Assembly: GCA_965222605.1 (NCBI GenBank)
Contig: OZ244960.1
Span: forward strand, 1,440,001 to 1,504,000
Origin: Candidatus Latescibacterota bacterium
GTDB taxonomy: Bacteria > Latescibacterota > UBA2968
Direction: 5' to 3'
DNA length: 64,000 bases
Shown: piece by piece, positions 27,690-37,863 of the stretch
How positions within the stretch are numbered: the first letter of the stretch is position 1
Layout: the number at the start of each line of letters is the position of its first letter
Made by a program: the position numbers and the translations under genes
Notes under the pieces: model-generated
The model's input: the letters and a program-made list of their open reading frames with translations, nothing else
What the model was told of the DNA's origin: nothing
Database searches by the model: none

Positions 27690-29445
27690 ACCTTCTATCT
27701 CCCACTGGAGCCTCAACGCGAATCGTTACAATATCCGTATCGTGATACTGCTGGTGGCGCACAGACGACGTGAAATGCTGAAGCAGTCGCAGCGAGATTT
27801 CATGCTCTACCGGCATCTCGTCTGTATGTTCTCTAAGATAGGCCATGCGATCCTCAATATTTCCCTCACCAGTCGAAGCGATAAACTCGAGTTCTGCGCC
27901 ATGACTTCCATCGCTGCACACAATGAGAAGCAGGCGTTTCTCCGCTTGTTCGCCCTCCCCCTGTTGAATGAGAATCAGGAGGGTTTCTTCCGCAGATAGA
28001 CAGAGACGATTTGTCATCCCGGCATCCCAGCCCCTGCGCGAGGCGAATTTTTCAAGGAAAGTCATGATCTCTGGCAAAGCCTCGACAGTGAGCACTGTCT
28101 CAATGCGCTGGCGGCGCGGTGCTGTCAACTCCATAAACAGTGTCAGGAGAATCGCCGTGAGGCCGCCGGCCGTCATCCCATTGCCGAGCAGCGCCCCCCA
28201 CCACTCGCCGAGATATTCCGCGAAGATGGCTTGATCCTGGAAACCCACCCCAATCCAGAACGCGACCCCTGCGATCATCCCCTTGCGATAATCTACCCCA
28301 TCCTGGACGACGATCCGCATACCCACGACAAAGAGAAGTGCCAGCAGCACCGTCACATAGGCTCCGACCACGGGATTGGGAATTGCCAGAAGGAGTGCCG
28401 ACACCTTGGGAAGAAAGGACGCCGCCACAAATACGATGCCAATACACACGCCGACGCCGCGTGCGGCAACGCCGGTGAGATCCGTGATTGAAACACTTGA
28501 CGAGTAGGTCGTATTTGGAACTGTCCCCGCAATACCAGAAAGCAAATTGCCCACACCGTCTGCGGTAACTGCGCCTTGTACCGCGCGAAAATCGGGCGCG
28601 TGGGACGTGCGCCACGAAACCTTCTGGATAGCGATAGCATCGCCTATTGTTTCGATAGCACCGACCATGGTCACAAATATGAAGGCGGGAAGAAGCGACC
28701 AGAAAACAGGACCAAAGCCGAGGTCAAAACCCGGCCAGCCGCCTGAGGGAACGCCAACCCAGGGAGCTTCGATAACGCGCTGGATGTCGTACAGCCCAAA
28801 AAGCGAAGCGACAATACACCCCACAATAATCCCGATGATCGGCACCCAGAGACGCCACATACCCGAAACCCGCAGCGCGAGCACTACGATGACGAACAAG
28901 GTTGCGATGGCACTGGCTGGCGCGGCGGGCGGCGGCGTTCCCTCGGGCACATCTGTCAACATATTAAAGACAATGGGCATAACGGTTACCGCGATCAACA
29001 TGATCACCGTTCCAGCCACGGTTGGCGTAATGATTCGCCGCAGCAGCGAGAGCCGAGTCGAGAGCGCGAATTGGAACAACGACGAGATAATGACCAGAGT
29101 TGCGAGCATCGCTGGCCCGCCCTCGACAAGCGCCGTCACGCAAACCGCGATAAAAGCGCCAGAAGTGCCCATAAGGAGAACGTAGCCAGCACCAATGCGT
29201 CCGACGCGCACAGCCTGCAACACCGTGGTCAACCCGCTAACTATAAGCGCGGCAAAGACCACCCACGATATATAAGGCTCGCCCCCGCCCGCGGCTCTCA
29301 CTACGATAACAGGCGTGATCGCAATGGGCGCAATACAAAGCATGGCAGCCTGAAATCCGAGTGCGAAAGTGATAGTGTTTGGAGGCCGCTCGTCGGGTTC
29401 GTAAAGCACATTTTGGTCGCGGCGGTCAGACTCAGATTGCATCAT
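27661..29445 (-). CDS. NCS2 xanthine/uracil permease with an extra C-terminal soluble domain
   Basis: ETIGD, ADGVGN, PNTTYSSS...LTGVA signature; about 150-aa hydrophilic extension. Confidence 0.88.
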   Translation of the reverse strand: MMQSESDRRDQNVLYEPDERPPNTITFALGFQAAMLCIAPIAITPVIVVRAAGGGEPYISWVVFAALIVSGLTTVLQAVRVGRIGAGYVLLMGTSGAFIAVCVTALVEGGPAMLATLVIISSLFQFALSTRLSLLRRIITPTVAGTVIMLIAVTVMPIVFNMLTDVPEGTPPPAAPASAIATLFVIVVLALRVSGMWRLWVPIIGIIVGCIVASLFGLYDIQRVIEAPWVGVPSGGWPGFDLGFGPVFWSLLPAFIFVTMVGAIETIGDAIAIQKVSWRTSHAPDFRAVQGAVTADGVGNLLSGIAGTVPNTTYSSSVSITDLTGVAARGVGVCIGIVFVAASFLPKVSALLLAIPNPVVGAYVTVLLALLFVVGMRIVVQDGVDYRKGMIAGVAFWIGVGFQDQAIFAEYLGEWWGALLGNGMTAGGLTAILLTLFMELTAPRRQRIETVLTVEALPEIMTFLEKFASRRGWDAGMTNRLCLSAEETLLILIQQGEGEQAEKRLLLIVCSDGSHGAELEFIASTGEGNIEDRMAYLREHTDEMPVEHEISLRLLQHFTSSVRHQQYHDTDIVTIRVEAPVGDRRSKATTDEHR

Positions 29446-29464
29446 TCAAATCCTTTTATTAATG

Positions 29465-30463
29465 TTATGCCAGCAACTCATCCCCATAAGCAAATAGCGC
29501 AGGCGTTCCACCCGTATGCACAAACACAACCGTTTGATCCCTACCATACCACCCCGCGCGAATATGCTCAATCATTGCGCCATAAGTTTTGCCTGCATAA
29601 ACGGGATCGAGCAACAGCCCTTCGGTTTGCGCGACCAACAACACAGCATCTCGTGCCTCCGGCGTCAATACACCATAAGCCGATCCTGCGTATTTGCCAT
29701 AACTCTCAAAATCATCTGCCGTAAAATTCAGATCCAAATTCAGAATTTTGCACACCTCATTTGCCACCTCGGCGAGTTGCACATTCTTTTTTACATCGTC
29801 CTGTGGACTTGGACTTATGCCAATAATCCGCATATCAACACCCAATGCTCTTGCCCCAACGACAAGCCCGGTATGCGTATGCACGCCCGCACACACATAT
29901 ATTGCATCGGGGGTCACATCCATGGCCTGCACCTGCTCCCACAATTCCAAAAACCCATCCACATAAGACACGCTGCGATAATAATACCCATCCGAGCTCG
30001 TGTTATAGACCCTGTGTCCATCGGCCTTTAACTTTTCAATAACAGCTTTCTTCTCCTGCTCGCTCTCAATCAAATGCACCTCTGCGCCAAAAAGATGCGT
30101 GAGCAGCAAATTGCCATTCACGGGGTCTGCATGATCATCCTTGCGCCCCACCATCACCGCCTTCAGACCCAGCCTGGCCGCAACCGCCGCGGTCAACCGC
30201 GATTGATTCGACTGCGATGCCGCGCCGTGAAGCAACACATCATACCCTTCATCCACAGCGGGAGCTACGGAATATTCAAACTCGCGCACCTTATTCCCCC
30301 CAAACGCCAACCCCGTCTGATCCTCGCGCTTGACCAGAATGCGCGGCCCGCCCAACTTCTCTGCCAACCTCGGGCAATCCGTCAACGGCGTGGGCAAATC
30401 GGCAAGCGATAATCGGCTGCACGTTCCCAATGCCTCTCTAACCTCTCGAATTGAATAGCTCAA
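29465..30463 (-). CDS. D-cysteine desulfhydrase/ACC deaminase family PLP enzyme
   Basis: KREDQTGLAFGGNKVR, QSN, LDPVYAGK, VHTGG. Confidence 0.92.
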   Translation of the reverse strand: MSYSIREVREALGTCSRLSLADLPTPLTDCPRLAEKLGGPRILVKREDQTGLAFGGNKVREFEYSVAPAVDEGYDVLLHGAASQSNQSRLTAAVAARLGLKAVMVGRKDDHADPVNGNLLLTHLFGAEVHLIESEQEKKAVIEKLKADGHRVYNTSSDGYYYRSVSYVDGFLELWEQVQAMDVTPDAIYVCAGVHTHTGLVVGARALGVDMRIIGISPSPQDDVKKNVQLAEVANEVCKILNLDLNFTADDFESYGKYAGSAYGVLTPEARDAVLLVAQTEGLLLDPVYAGKTYGAMIEHIRAGWYGRDQTVVFVHTGGTPALFAYGDELLA

Positions 30464-30479
30464 GGATATCGCTCCTCTT

Positions 30480-31526
30480 CTAATGTTCTATCTCCACTGC
30501 CTGAAGCAGGGCTTTGATGAAGCCAAATTGGAAGGCAAATGCCTGTTCGAAATGCCCTTGCGCCTCGTGGCCGGGCGCGTGATCGGGAACGATCATGTGT
30601 GGATAGCCAACTTCTTTGAGCGCTTTCACCAGGACAAACATATTCATATCGCCTTCATCGGGATAAACTTCCTGAAACTTGTTGCGCCCACCCGTAATAT
30701 TGCGAAAGTGGATGAGGTGAATTTTTTTTCGCTTGCCAAAATAGCGAATAATATCCGCGACCTCATTGCGCGGATCCACAACGCTCTCGGCCATGCAACC
30801 CAAGCAAAGATTGAGGCCGTGATAAGGACTTGGACAAATATCGATAAAACTCTTGAACCCATCGTACCCACCCAGCACGCGATCAACACTCTTATACCCC
30901 GGCGGCAACCAGGGATCGCACGGGTGACAGGCCATACGCACCTTGCATTCGGTGGCAACGGGAATGACGCGCTCTAAAAAGAAAGTGACATATTCCCAAT
31001 TTTGTTCCGCTGTAACGGGTTCATCATACCGCGGGATATCCGCATCGGCTTTGGACAAATCCCATGTGGAATAGCGTATGCCCCCCCGCCCGAACGGAAC
31101 GCTTTCCGTGCGCTGATTTTCCATTTCGCACAGAAAATACTTCAGCGCGGGAATACCCGCATCTGCGGTAGCGCGAACCATATCGCAGGCGATCTCGATT
31201 TCTTTTTCGCCGTCTTTCATATTGCCGCGCATAAACTCGGGCACAAAACTGCCATTGACATTGAGGTGTTGCACAGGCAATGCCACCATTTCCACGGTGA
31301 TGCCGTGTTTTGCAGCTTTTTCTTTTTTCTCAACGAGTTCTTCAACCGTCCAGCCGCTACTTGGATCTGGCGTAATTTCCCTGGCATCGTTGATCGCCAT
31401 ATTTGTGACACCACATCGCGCGAGAAATTCGAGATGTTCATCCGACGTGGAAAAACGCTGTGTGCCAATGTGCATACGCGGGTTTTCCGGATCCCATTCT
31501 GCACCTGCATACATTTCGGCAGCCAT
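30480..31526 (-). CDS. uxuA: mannonate dehydratase family protein
   Basis: CHPCDP, GLNLCLGC, IHFRN, YPDEGD, VPDH. Confidence 0.8.
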   Translation of the reverse strand: MAAEMYAGAEWDPENPRMHIGTQRFSTSDEHLEFLARCGVTNMAINDAREITPDPSSGWTVEELVEKKEKAAKHGITVEMVALPVQHLNVNGSFVPEFMRGNMKDGEKEIEIACDMVRATADAGIPALKYFLCEMENQRTESVPFGRGGIRYSTWDLSKADADIPRYDEPVTAEQNWEYVTFFLERVIPVATECKVRMACHPCDPWLPPGYKSVDRVLGGYDGFKSFIDICPSPYHGLNLCLGCMAESVVDPRNEVADIIRYFGKRKKIHLIHFRNITGGRNKFQEVYPDEGDMNMFVLVKALKEVGYPHMIVPDHAPGHEAQGHFEQAFAFQFGFIKALLQAVEIEH

Positions 31527-31552
31527 GGTCAAATCTCCTCACTCTTCACACT

Positions 31553-31578
31553 TCTTGTGTCTTTGTGTCTTTGTGTGA
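31553..31578. repeat. 8-bp tandem repeat (cttt/cttgtgt)
   Basis: tcttgtgt ctttgtgt ctttgtgt gag. Confidence 0.6.
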
Positions 31579-31594
31579 GGCCCTCTCACGCCTT

Positions 31595-31623
31595 ATGATA
31601 ATGCAAGAATTTCTGCATAGCAA
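31595..31623 (-). promoter_or_regulatory. sigma70 promoter candidate with palindromic spacer
   Basis: TTGCTA-17 bp-TATCAT; the spacer region atgcaagaatttctgcat is quasi-palindromic. Confidence 0.45.
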
Positions 31624-31715
31624 CATGATTGGGGATTGTGAGAGGTGTAAAATTGTGGTATCTTCTCACTCTTCAAACCCACCCTTAGAAGCTGTCTTAA
31701 AAACTGGAGCTTTTT

Positions 31716-32966
31716 ATGCGAGTCGAAATCAACAAACATGCCCTGGATCGCGTGCCACTATCGATAATTTTTGATGACTCGACCGTGCTGGTAAATCTGA
31801 ATTATTTTTTTATGCGAGATCGCCAGGCTGTAGATGGAACGGATTATCGCTGGGAAGATGTGCCCGTAGTACATCCCGAATCGTTCACGCGCGAATTTGC
31901 CGAGTTCTGTCTGGAACACGATGTAAAGGGCAAATTCAGCGTGGTACCTTGCCCCGCCGCACTTGGGAGAATAGATCACGGACTGTCCCTATTCTCTAAA
32001 GCGCAGCAAGAAAGCTGGTTGACAATGTGTCGGGAACTGATTATGCCCAACTACGACATCACGCCGGAAATGATCACACACACCTTTGTGGTTGACCTTG
32101 AGACATTGCAACCCATCGATCCAAATTTGTGGGAACAATGGGGATGGAACAATTTGCCGACCGATAAAGAAGAGCTGGTAACAAATTATATCGCGCTGGC
32201 GTGTGAGATCCTGCACAATGTGGGCCTGACACCTGCAGGTGTGACAAGCCCAGGGGGATTTGGCAATCCAATAGACTTTTATGCCAGATGTGCGGAAAAT
32301 GCCGTGCGAAGGATAACGGGTAATCCAACACCGTATCTGTTTAAGCGGGTGTCGTCCAGCGGTGCGGTAGATTGCCCGGTGTGGTATCCCAAACCCGAGC
32401 GCGGCGAGGCAATGGGTGAAGTGATTGCCGCGACGGGTGATCGCACGGGATCGTGGACCGGATATGGCGAAGTAGATGTAGATTATTACATCACATCGGA
32501 CCTTCAGGGTGGACGTTTGCCCGAAGTCATCGACGCGGGCGACCCGGCCGTCATGATCAGTCACTGGCAGGGATTTTACGGGATTCACAATGAGGATAGG
32601 CGTGGCTTTCGGGCATTTCAGACCATTGTGCGGCGGCTCAAAGAACGCGATCCCAATGGGGAGAAATCTCAGTGGCGCAAATGCAGTGAAATTACCAATT
32701 ATGCCATAGCGCGCGAAATGGCTGATGTCAGGATAGAAGAACAAATAATAACACTCGATTTACCCGTGCAAGTCCCCGAATTCACATTGCGATTGCGAGA
32801 TATAACAGTTGCAGGCGTAAAGATAAACGGCAAACCCCTGACACCCGCGCTGACAAAAGCGGCCTTTAGAGATGGTACATTTTATCGAGATGGCGATGTA
32901 ACGCTGGTGGCCTTTACGCCCGAAGACCGGAATATAAGAGTTGAGATAGAAAACCGCGAGACGTAA
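31716..32966 (+). CDS. hypothetical protein (possible deacetylase-like barrel)
   Basis: 416-aa ORF with GGAG RBS; IIFDD, GKFSVVP, GVTSPGGF motifs. Confidence 0.75.
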   Translation: MRVEINKHALDRVPLSIIFDDSTVLVNLNYFFMRDRQAVDGTDYRWEDVPVVHPESFTREFAEFCLEHDVKGKFSVVPCPAALGRIDHGLSLFSKAQQESWLTMCRELIMPNYDITPEMITHTFVVDLETLQPIDPNLWEQWGWNNLPTDKEELVTNYIALACEILHNVGLTPAGVTSPGGFGNPIDFYARCAENAVRRITGNPTPYLFKRVSSSGAVDCPVWYPKPERGEAMGEVIAATGDRTGSWTGYGEVDVDYYITSDLQGGRLPEVIDAGDPAVMISHWQGFYGIHNEDRRGFRAFQTIVRRLKERDPNGEKSQWRKCSEITNYAIAREMADVRIEEQIITLDLPVQVPEFTLRLRDITVAGVKINGKPLTPALTKAAFRDGTFYRDGDVTLVAFTPEDRNIRVEIENRET

Positions 32967-32980
32967 AAGGAAAAAGATAC

Positions 32981-35062
32981 GTGATTCCAAAAACAGTAAA
33001 ACTCAAAAAAGAAATCGGCTTACTCGGCGTTTATGCCATAGCGACGGGCACGACCTTAAGCGCGGGATTCTTTTTATTGCCGGGGCTGGCTGCCGAACAG
33101 GCCGGCGCTGCAATTGTACTGGCGTATATCGTTGCCGCCGTTCCACTCGTACCGGCGATGTTCAGCATTATTGAACTGGCAACTGCAATGCCCCGCGCAG
33201 GTGGCGTGTATTATTTTTTAGACCGGTCGCTCGGACCGTGGATGGGCACGCTTGGAGGCGTTGGCACATGGCTGGCACTGGTATTAAAAGTATCATTCGC
33301 ACTCGTGGGCATGGGGGCATACATCGCGCTTCATGTACCCGAGTTGCCAATAACCCCTGTGGCAGTCGCAATTGCAGTTGGCCTGGGCATACTGAATCTG
33401 TTGGGCGCCGAGAAAAGCGGTGGGTTTCAAATGGCGCTGGTGCTGGGGTTGTTGATGATTCTGGGAATATTTATCGGGGGAGGCGTACCCAATATTGAAC
33501 GCGTGCGATTGAACGCGATATTTGAAGTAGATACCCAAACGATTTTATCCACAGCAGGACTGGTCTATATCAGTTATGTCGGCGTAACAACCGTAGCGAG
33601 TTTATCAGAAGAAGTAAAACATCCCGAGCGCAATTTGCCTGTGGGCGTCATCTTCTCATTAATTACGGCGGTTCTGGTCTATGCTTTGGGCACAGGCGTC
33701 ATGGTCGGTGTATTGCCGCTCGAGCAGTTGGTGGGTGATTTAACGCCTGCAGCTTCGGCGGCCAAAGCCGTATTTGGCGATTGGGGTGCCATAACCATCT
33801 CTGTCGCTGCCCTACTCGCCTTTACATCGGTCGCCAATGCCGGAATGCTTTCGGCTTCTCGCTTTCCCCTCGCCATGAGCCGCGACCACATGATGCCGAG
33901 ATTTTTTCAGCATTTGAATACCAAAGGCGCGCCCGTTCAAGGGGTATTGGTGACCATGGGCGTGATTATTTTAATCCTCATTTTTCTCGATCCAACCAAA
34001 ATTGCCAAATTGGCCAGTGCTTTTCAATTATTGATGTTCGCACTGGTGTGCCTCGCCGTAATTGTCATGCGCGAAAGCGGATTGGCTTCCTACGACTCGG
34101 GATATCATTCACCGCTATACCCGTGGATGCAGTTATTCGGCATGGTATCTTCGTGTACGTTAATTGTCCAGATGGGCTGGTTATCATCCCTGTTTTCTGC
34201 CGCGCTGATCCTGCTGGGAACGATTTGGTACTTTAAATTTGCCCGAGACAAGGTCAACCGCGACGGTGCGATTTATCACATGTTTGAACGCTGGGGGCAA
34301 AAGCGGGACACCGGACTGGATGCCGAACTGCGGGGTATCTTGAAGGAGAAGGGATTGCGCGATAAAGATCCTTTCGATGAGATCGCGGCGCGAAGTCTGG
34401 TCATCGATCTGGATCGTCCGGCTGAGTTTGAGGCGGTTGTGCAGCAGGTATCGGAATGGTTATCGGGTCGCGTTCCGCATACCATGGATGAAATCGAGAA
34501 ACAATTGCTGGACCGTACGCATATTGGATCGACACCCGTGACACACGGCGTGGGATTGCCGCATCTGCGGATTGACGGAATTGAACACTGCGAAATGGTC
34601 CTCGTGCGATCACTGCCGGGCATTCACATCCAGTTTACAGATCCACTGACCGGGCACGAGGTAAAAACGCAGTTGACAGCGATCTTTTTTTTATTCAGTC
34701 CAGAACGCGATCCGTCACAACACCTGCGTATTCTCGCACAAATTGCGCGGCGTGCAGACGATGAAAACTTCTTGCGCGAATGGCACTCCGCCAGCGATGA
34801 AGTTGAATTGAAAGAAGCCCTGTTGCGCGACGAAGCCTTTTTATTATTAACATTGCGCCGCGATCATGCAACCGCCGATCTCATTGGCCATGCGCTGCGC
34901 GAGACAGATTTTCCAGAAGGCTGTCTCGTGGCGATGTTGCGCCGCGGCGGGCGCATGGTGATTCCCCGCGGCGATACCGTGCTGCGAGAAAATGATCGAT
35001 TGACAATTTTGGGAAACAGTAAAGGATTGCGCGTCCTCGAAACGCGATATGGCGGGCGGTGA
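32981..35062 (+). CDS. APC amino-acid permease fused to PTS EIIA-like and TrkA-C (RCK_C) domains
   Basis: 12 TM helices with P.AGG.Y; GSTPVTHGVGLPHLR and HLRILAQIAR; RRGGRMVIPRGDTVL..NDRLTILG. Confidence 0.88.
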   Translation: MIPKTVKLKKEIGLLGVYAIATGTTLSAGFFLLPGLAAEQAGAAIVLAYIVAAVPLVPAMFSIIELATAMPRAGGVYYFLDRSLGPWMGTLGGVGTWLALVLKVSFALVGMGAYIALHVPELPITPVAVAIAVGLGILNLLGAEKSGGFQMALVLGLLMILGIFIGGGVPNIERVRLNAIFEVDTQTILSTAGLVYISYVGVTTVASLSEEVKHPERNLPVGVIFSLITAVLVYALGTGVMVGVLPLEQLVGDLTPAASAAKAVFGDWGAITISVAALLAFTSVANAGMLSASRFPLAMSRDHMMPRFFQHLNTKGAPVQGVLVTMGVIILILIFLDPTKIAKLASAFQLLMFALVCLAVIVMRESGLASYDSGYHSPLYPWMQLFGMVSSCTLIVQMGWLSSLFSAALILLGTIWYFKFARDKVNRDGAIYHMFERWGQKRDTGLDAELRGILKEKGLRDKDPFDEIAARSLVIDLDRPAEFEAVVQQVSEWLSGRVPHTMDEIEKQLLDRTHIGSTPVTHGVGLPHLRIDGIEHCEMVLVRSLPGIHIQFTDPLTGHEVKTQLTAIFFLFSPERDPSQHLRILAQIARRADDENFLREWHSASDEVELKEALLRDEAFLLLTLRRDHATADLIGHALRETDFPEGCLVAMLRRGGRMVIPRGDTVLRENDRLTILGNSKGLRVLETRYGGR

Positions 35063-35077
35063 GTTTCGGCAACGAGA

Positions 35078-36628
35078 TCACCCGTAGAGGCGGTTAACAG
35101 CCTCGGGGTGTTGGCGGGCCTCGCGCATGAGGCGATTGCCCCAGGTTGTGGGATATTTGCCCGTGACACATCCCAGGCACAGGGTATCTGTTTCACATCC
35201 AATGCTGGTACCCAAATCGGAAACATCGAGGTACTTCAGGCTATCGACATCGAGTTCGAGAGCCATTTTTTTTTGCGTTTGTTCGCTGGGTAAACCGCGG
35301 TATCGCACGGGAACGTGTTCGGGAGCAAAAAGTTCGTCCAGGGTGGACATATCAATGCCATAAAAACACGGCGCGACAATGGGCGGACAAGCCACGCGCA
35401 CATGAACTTCGGCCGCACCGCCGATATCGCGCACCTGATGGGCAAGAGTGCGAATCGTAAGGGAGCGCACAATAGAATCTTCGACAAGAAAAACGCGCTT
35501 TCCCGATAAAACAGAGGCCAATGCCGTGTATTTGCTCTGGGCACTCTGCGTGCGGGTGGTTTTGGGCTGGATAAAAGTGCGCCCCACATAGCGGTTGCGA
35601 ATCACGCCTTCCATGCAAGGCATATTCAGATGATGGGCATAGGCATCGGCTGCTGCTTTGGCAGTATCGGGAACGGGCACAACCACACACGAATCGTCGA
35701 TTTTCTGGCTTTCTTTCTCGGCCAAAATACGACCGGCATCAGCGCGAGAAGTATAAACGCTGATGCCGTCAATTTCACTGGCAACATTAGAAAAATAGAC
35801 CCATTCAAAAAAGCAGCGGGCTGTTTTTTTCGGATCCGCATAGCGCGCAACGCGCAGATCGCCATTTTCGACGATTACCATTTCGCCGGGTTCGAGCCAT
35901 TTGACATCGCTAAAACCGAGATTGGAAAGAGCGGTTGATTCATTGGCGGCGGCAAAGAGGCGGCCTTTTTTTCCCCAGCACATGGGATGCACCCCGAGCG
36001 GATCCCGCGAGACGAACATGCGTCCTGATGCATCGAGAAATGCAATATTGTAAGCACCGTCAAAATCGCGGGAAAGCGAGCGCATCACATCGTCCAGGTC
36101 GGGTGGATTTTCACCCTTCAACCGATACGCCAGGGTATGCATGATGATTTCAGTATCGATATTGAGGGTAAAGTGATACCCGCGCTTGGACAACAGGCGT
36201 TCGCGCAACTGCGTGTAATTGGCAAGGTTGCCATTAAAAGCCAGGCTAAACCATTTCCAGATACGCCCGTGCTGCCGTTCAAATGGCTGTGCATATCGCA
36301 CATCGTCTTCGCCACTGGTGGCATAGCGCGTATGTCCAATAGCGGCGACCCCTGCATATTCGTTGATAATGGACTGGTATTTGCCGGGATGCGACATGCG
36401 AAAGGCTTCGGTAACGCCGCCCAGATCTTTGAAGGTGTTTAGAATGTGATCGCGGTTGGGGTTATAGGAACAATACCCCGCGGCGAGTTGTCCCCTGTTT
36501 TGAAGGTCGAGCAACATGCCCGGCATAAATGCTGCAACATTTTTAAAATCATCGGCATCGGCATTGCCGTTTTCTTTGAGCCAGTAGAGGGCTGCCACGC
36601 CGCATTCGTGACCAATATCTTCGCTCAT
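35078..36628 (-). CDS. purF: amidophosphoribosyltransferase
   Basis: ECGV, GHTRYATSG, VPVPD, VEDSIVR, PCFYGIDM, CLGC. Confidence 0.95.
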   Translation of the reverse strand: MSEDIGHECGVAALYWLKENGNADADDFKNVAAFMPGMLLDLQNRGQLAAGYCSYNPNRDHILNTFKDLGGVTEAFRMSHPGKYQSIINEYAGVAAIGHTRYATSGEDDVRYAQPFERQHGRIWKWFSLAFNGNLANYTQLRERLLSKRGYHFTLNIDTEIIMHTLAYRLKGENPPDLDDVMRSLSRDFDGAYNIAFLDASGRMFVSRDPLGVHPMCWGKKGRLFAAANESTALSNLGFSDVKWLEPGEMVIVENGDLRVARYADPKKTARCFFEWVYFSNVASEIDGISVYTSRADAGRILAEKESQKIDDSCVVVPVPDTAKAAADAYAHHLNMPCMEGVIRNRYVGRTFIQPKTTRTQSAQSKYTALASVLSGKRVFLVEDSIVRSLTIRTLAHQVRDIGGAAEVHVRVACPPIVAPCFYGIDMSTLDELFAPEHVPVRYRGLPSEQTQKKMALELDVDSLKYLDVSDLGTSIGCETDTLCLGCVTGKYPTTWGNRLMREARQHPEAVNRLYG

Positions 36629-36637
36629 AAAAATCTC

Positions 36638-37741
36638 CTATCCCAACGCCTGATTCTGCATATATTGAATCCCCGCAACGATTTCTTCGCGCGGCACATC
36701 ATCTCGCGGCACAATTTTTCCGATCCGCTCGGGCAATACAAATCGGATGACACCATCCCGCGCTTTCTTATCGCTCATCATCCGCGTCAACACCTCATTG
36801 ACCTTCAAATCCGGCACACCTTTGGGAATGCCCAGACGGGTAATAAGTGCATTTTGCCGCTCAAATGCATCCTGCGACCACATCCCCTTTTGCACAGCGA
36901 TATACCCTGCGGCCAACATCCCCAAACACACCGCCTCACCGTGTTTATAATAGTCGTAATGCGTCACCACTTCCAGCGCGTGTCCCACCGTATGGCCATA
37001 ATTCAAAATTTCGCGCAAACCCTTCTCGGTTTCATCAGCAGCCACAACCCCAGCCTTGATGCGACACTGTTGGGCAACAAGCCAATTGATCTGATCCGCA
37101 GACAGGCTTAAATTTACGGCACCTTCAATATGCTCTTCCAAAAATGCCACCAGATGGGAATCGCGTATAATCCCGTGTTTGATCACCTCCGCCATACCCG
37201 CTCGCACTTCGCGTTTGGGTAAGGTATCGAGTGTAGCTGTATCGATCAACACCAACTTTGGCTGGTGAAAAGCACCGATCATGTTTTTTCCCAAAACGTG
37301 ATCCACAGCTGTTTTGCCCCCCACACTCGCATCGACCTGCGCTTCCAGCGTTGTGGGCACCTGAACAAAATCAACACCTCTCAAATACGTCGCAGCGACA
37401 AAGCCTCCCATATCGCCAACCACACCACCGCCCAATGTCACAATACAGGATTTGCGATCCAATCCCGCCGCGATCAAATCGCCGTAGATCTGCGCGGCCG
37501 TCTCAAATGTCTTGTATTGCTCGCCATCTGGCACAGTTACGACCACAACCTTCACACCGGAGCGCGCGAGACTTTGCTGAACCGTATCGAGATAGAGCGC
37601 GGCAACTGTCGGATTGGTCACAATCGCCGCTGTTTCTCCCAACCCGCGTTCCGCATACAGATCGCCCAAATCGCGCAAACAATCGCGACCGATCAAAATA
37701 TCATAACTTCGGTCACCTAAATCAACCGTCACCGTTTCCAT
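36638..37741 (-). CDS. aroB: 3-dehydroquinate synthase
   Basis: GGGVVGD, VPTTL.AQVDASVGGKT, LNYGHT.GHALE, HGEAV. Confidence 0.97.
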   Translation of the reverse strand: METVTVDLGDRSYDILIGRDCLRDLGDLYAERGLGETAAIVTNPTVAALYLDTVQQSLARSGVKVVVVTVPDGEQYKTFETAAQIYGDLIAAGLDRKSCIVTLGGGVVGDMGGFVAATYLRGVDFVQVPTTLEAQVDASVGGKTAVDHVLGKNMIGAFHQPKLVLIDTATLDTLPKREVRAGMAEVIKHGIIRDSHLVAFLEEHIEGAVNLSLSADQINWLVAQQCRIKAGVVAADETEKGLREILNYGHTVGHALEVVTHYDYYKHGEAVCLGMLAAGYIAVQKGMWSQDAFERQNALITRLGIPKGVPDLKVNEVLTRMMSDKKARDGVIRFVLPERIGKIVPRDDVPREEIVAGIQYMQNQALG

Positions 37742-37749
37742 TATCAATC

Positions 37750-37863
37750 CCAATCAGGATGTAAGGATTTAAGGATGTTCAGGATACCCATACTCCGCCA
37801 CCCAAAAACTGGGGTGTGGGGTATCCTGTGATATCCTGAAAATCTTGTCAATCCCGATCCAGA
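37750..37863. repeat. palindromic element built of 9-bp AGGAT/ATCCT repeats
   Basis: caggatgta aggattta aggatgttc aggataccc...ggggtatcctg tgatatcctg aaaatcttg; contains the aroK stop. Confidence 0.75.
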
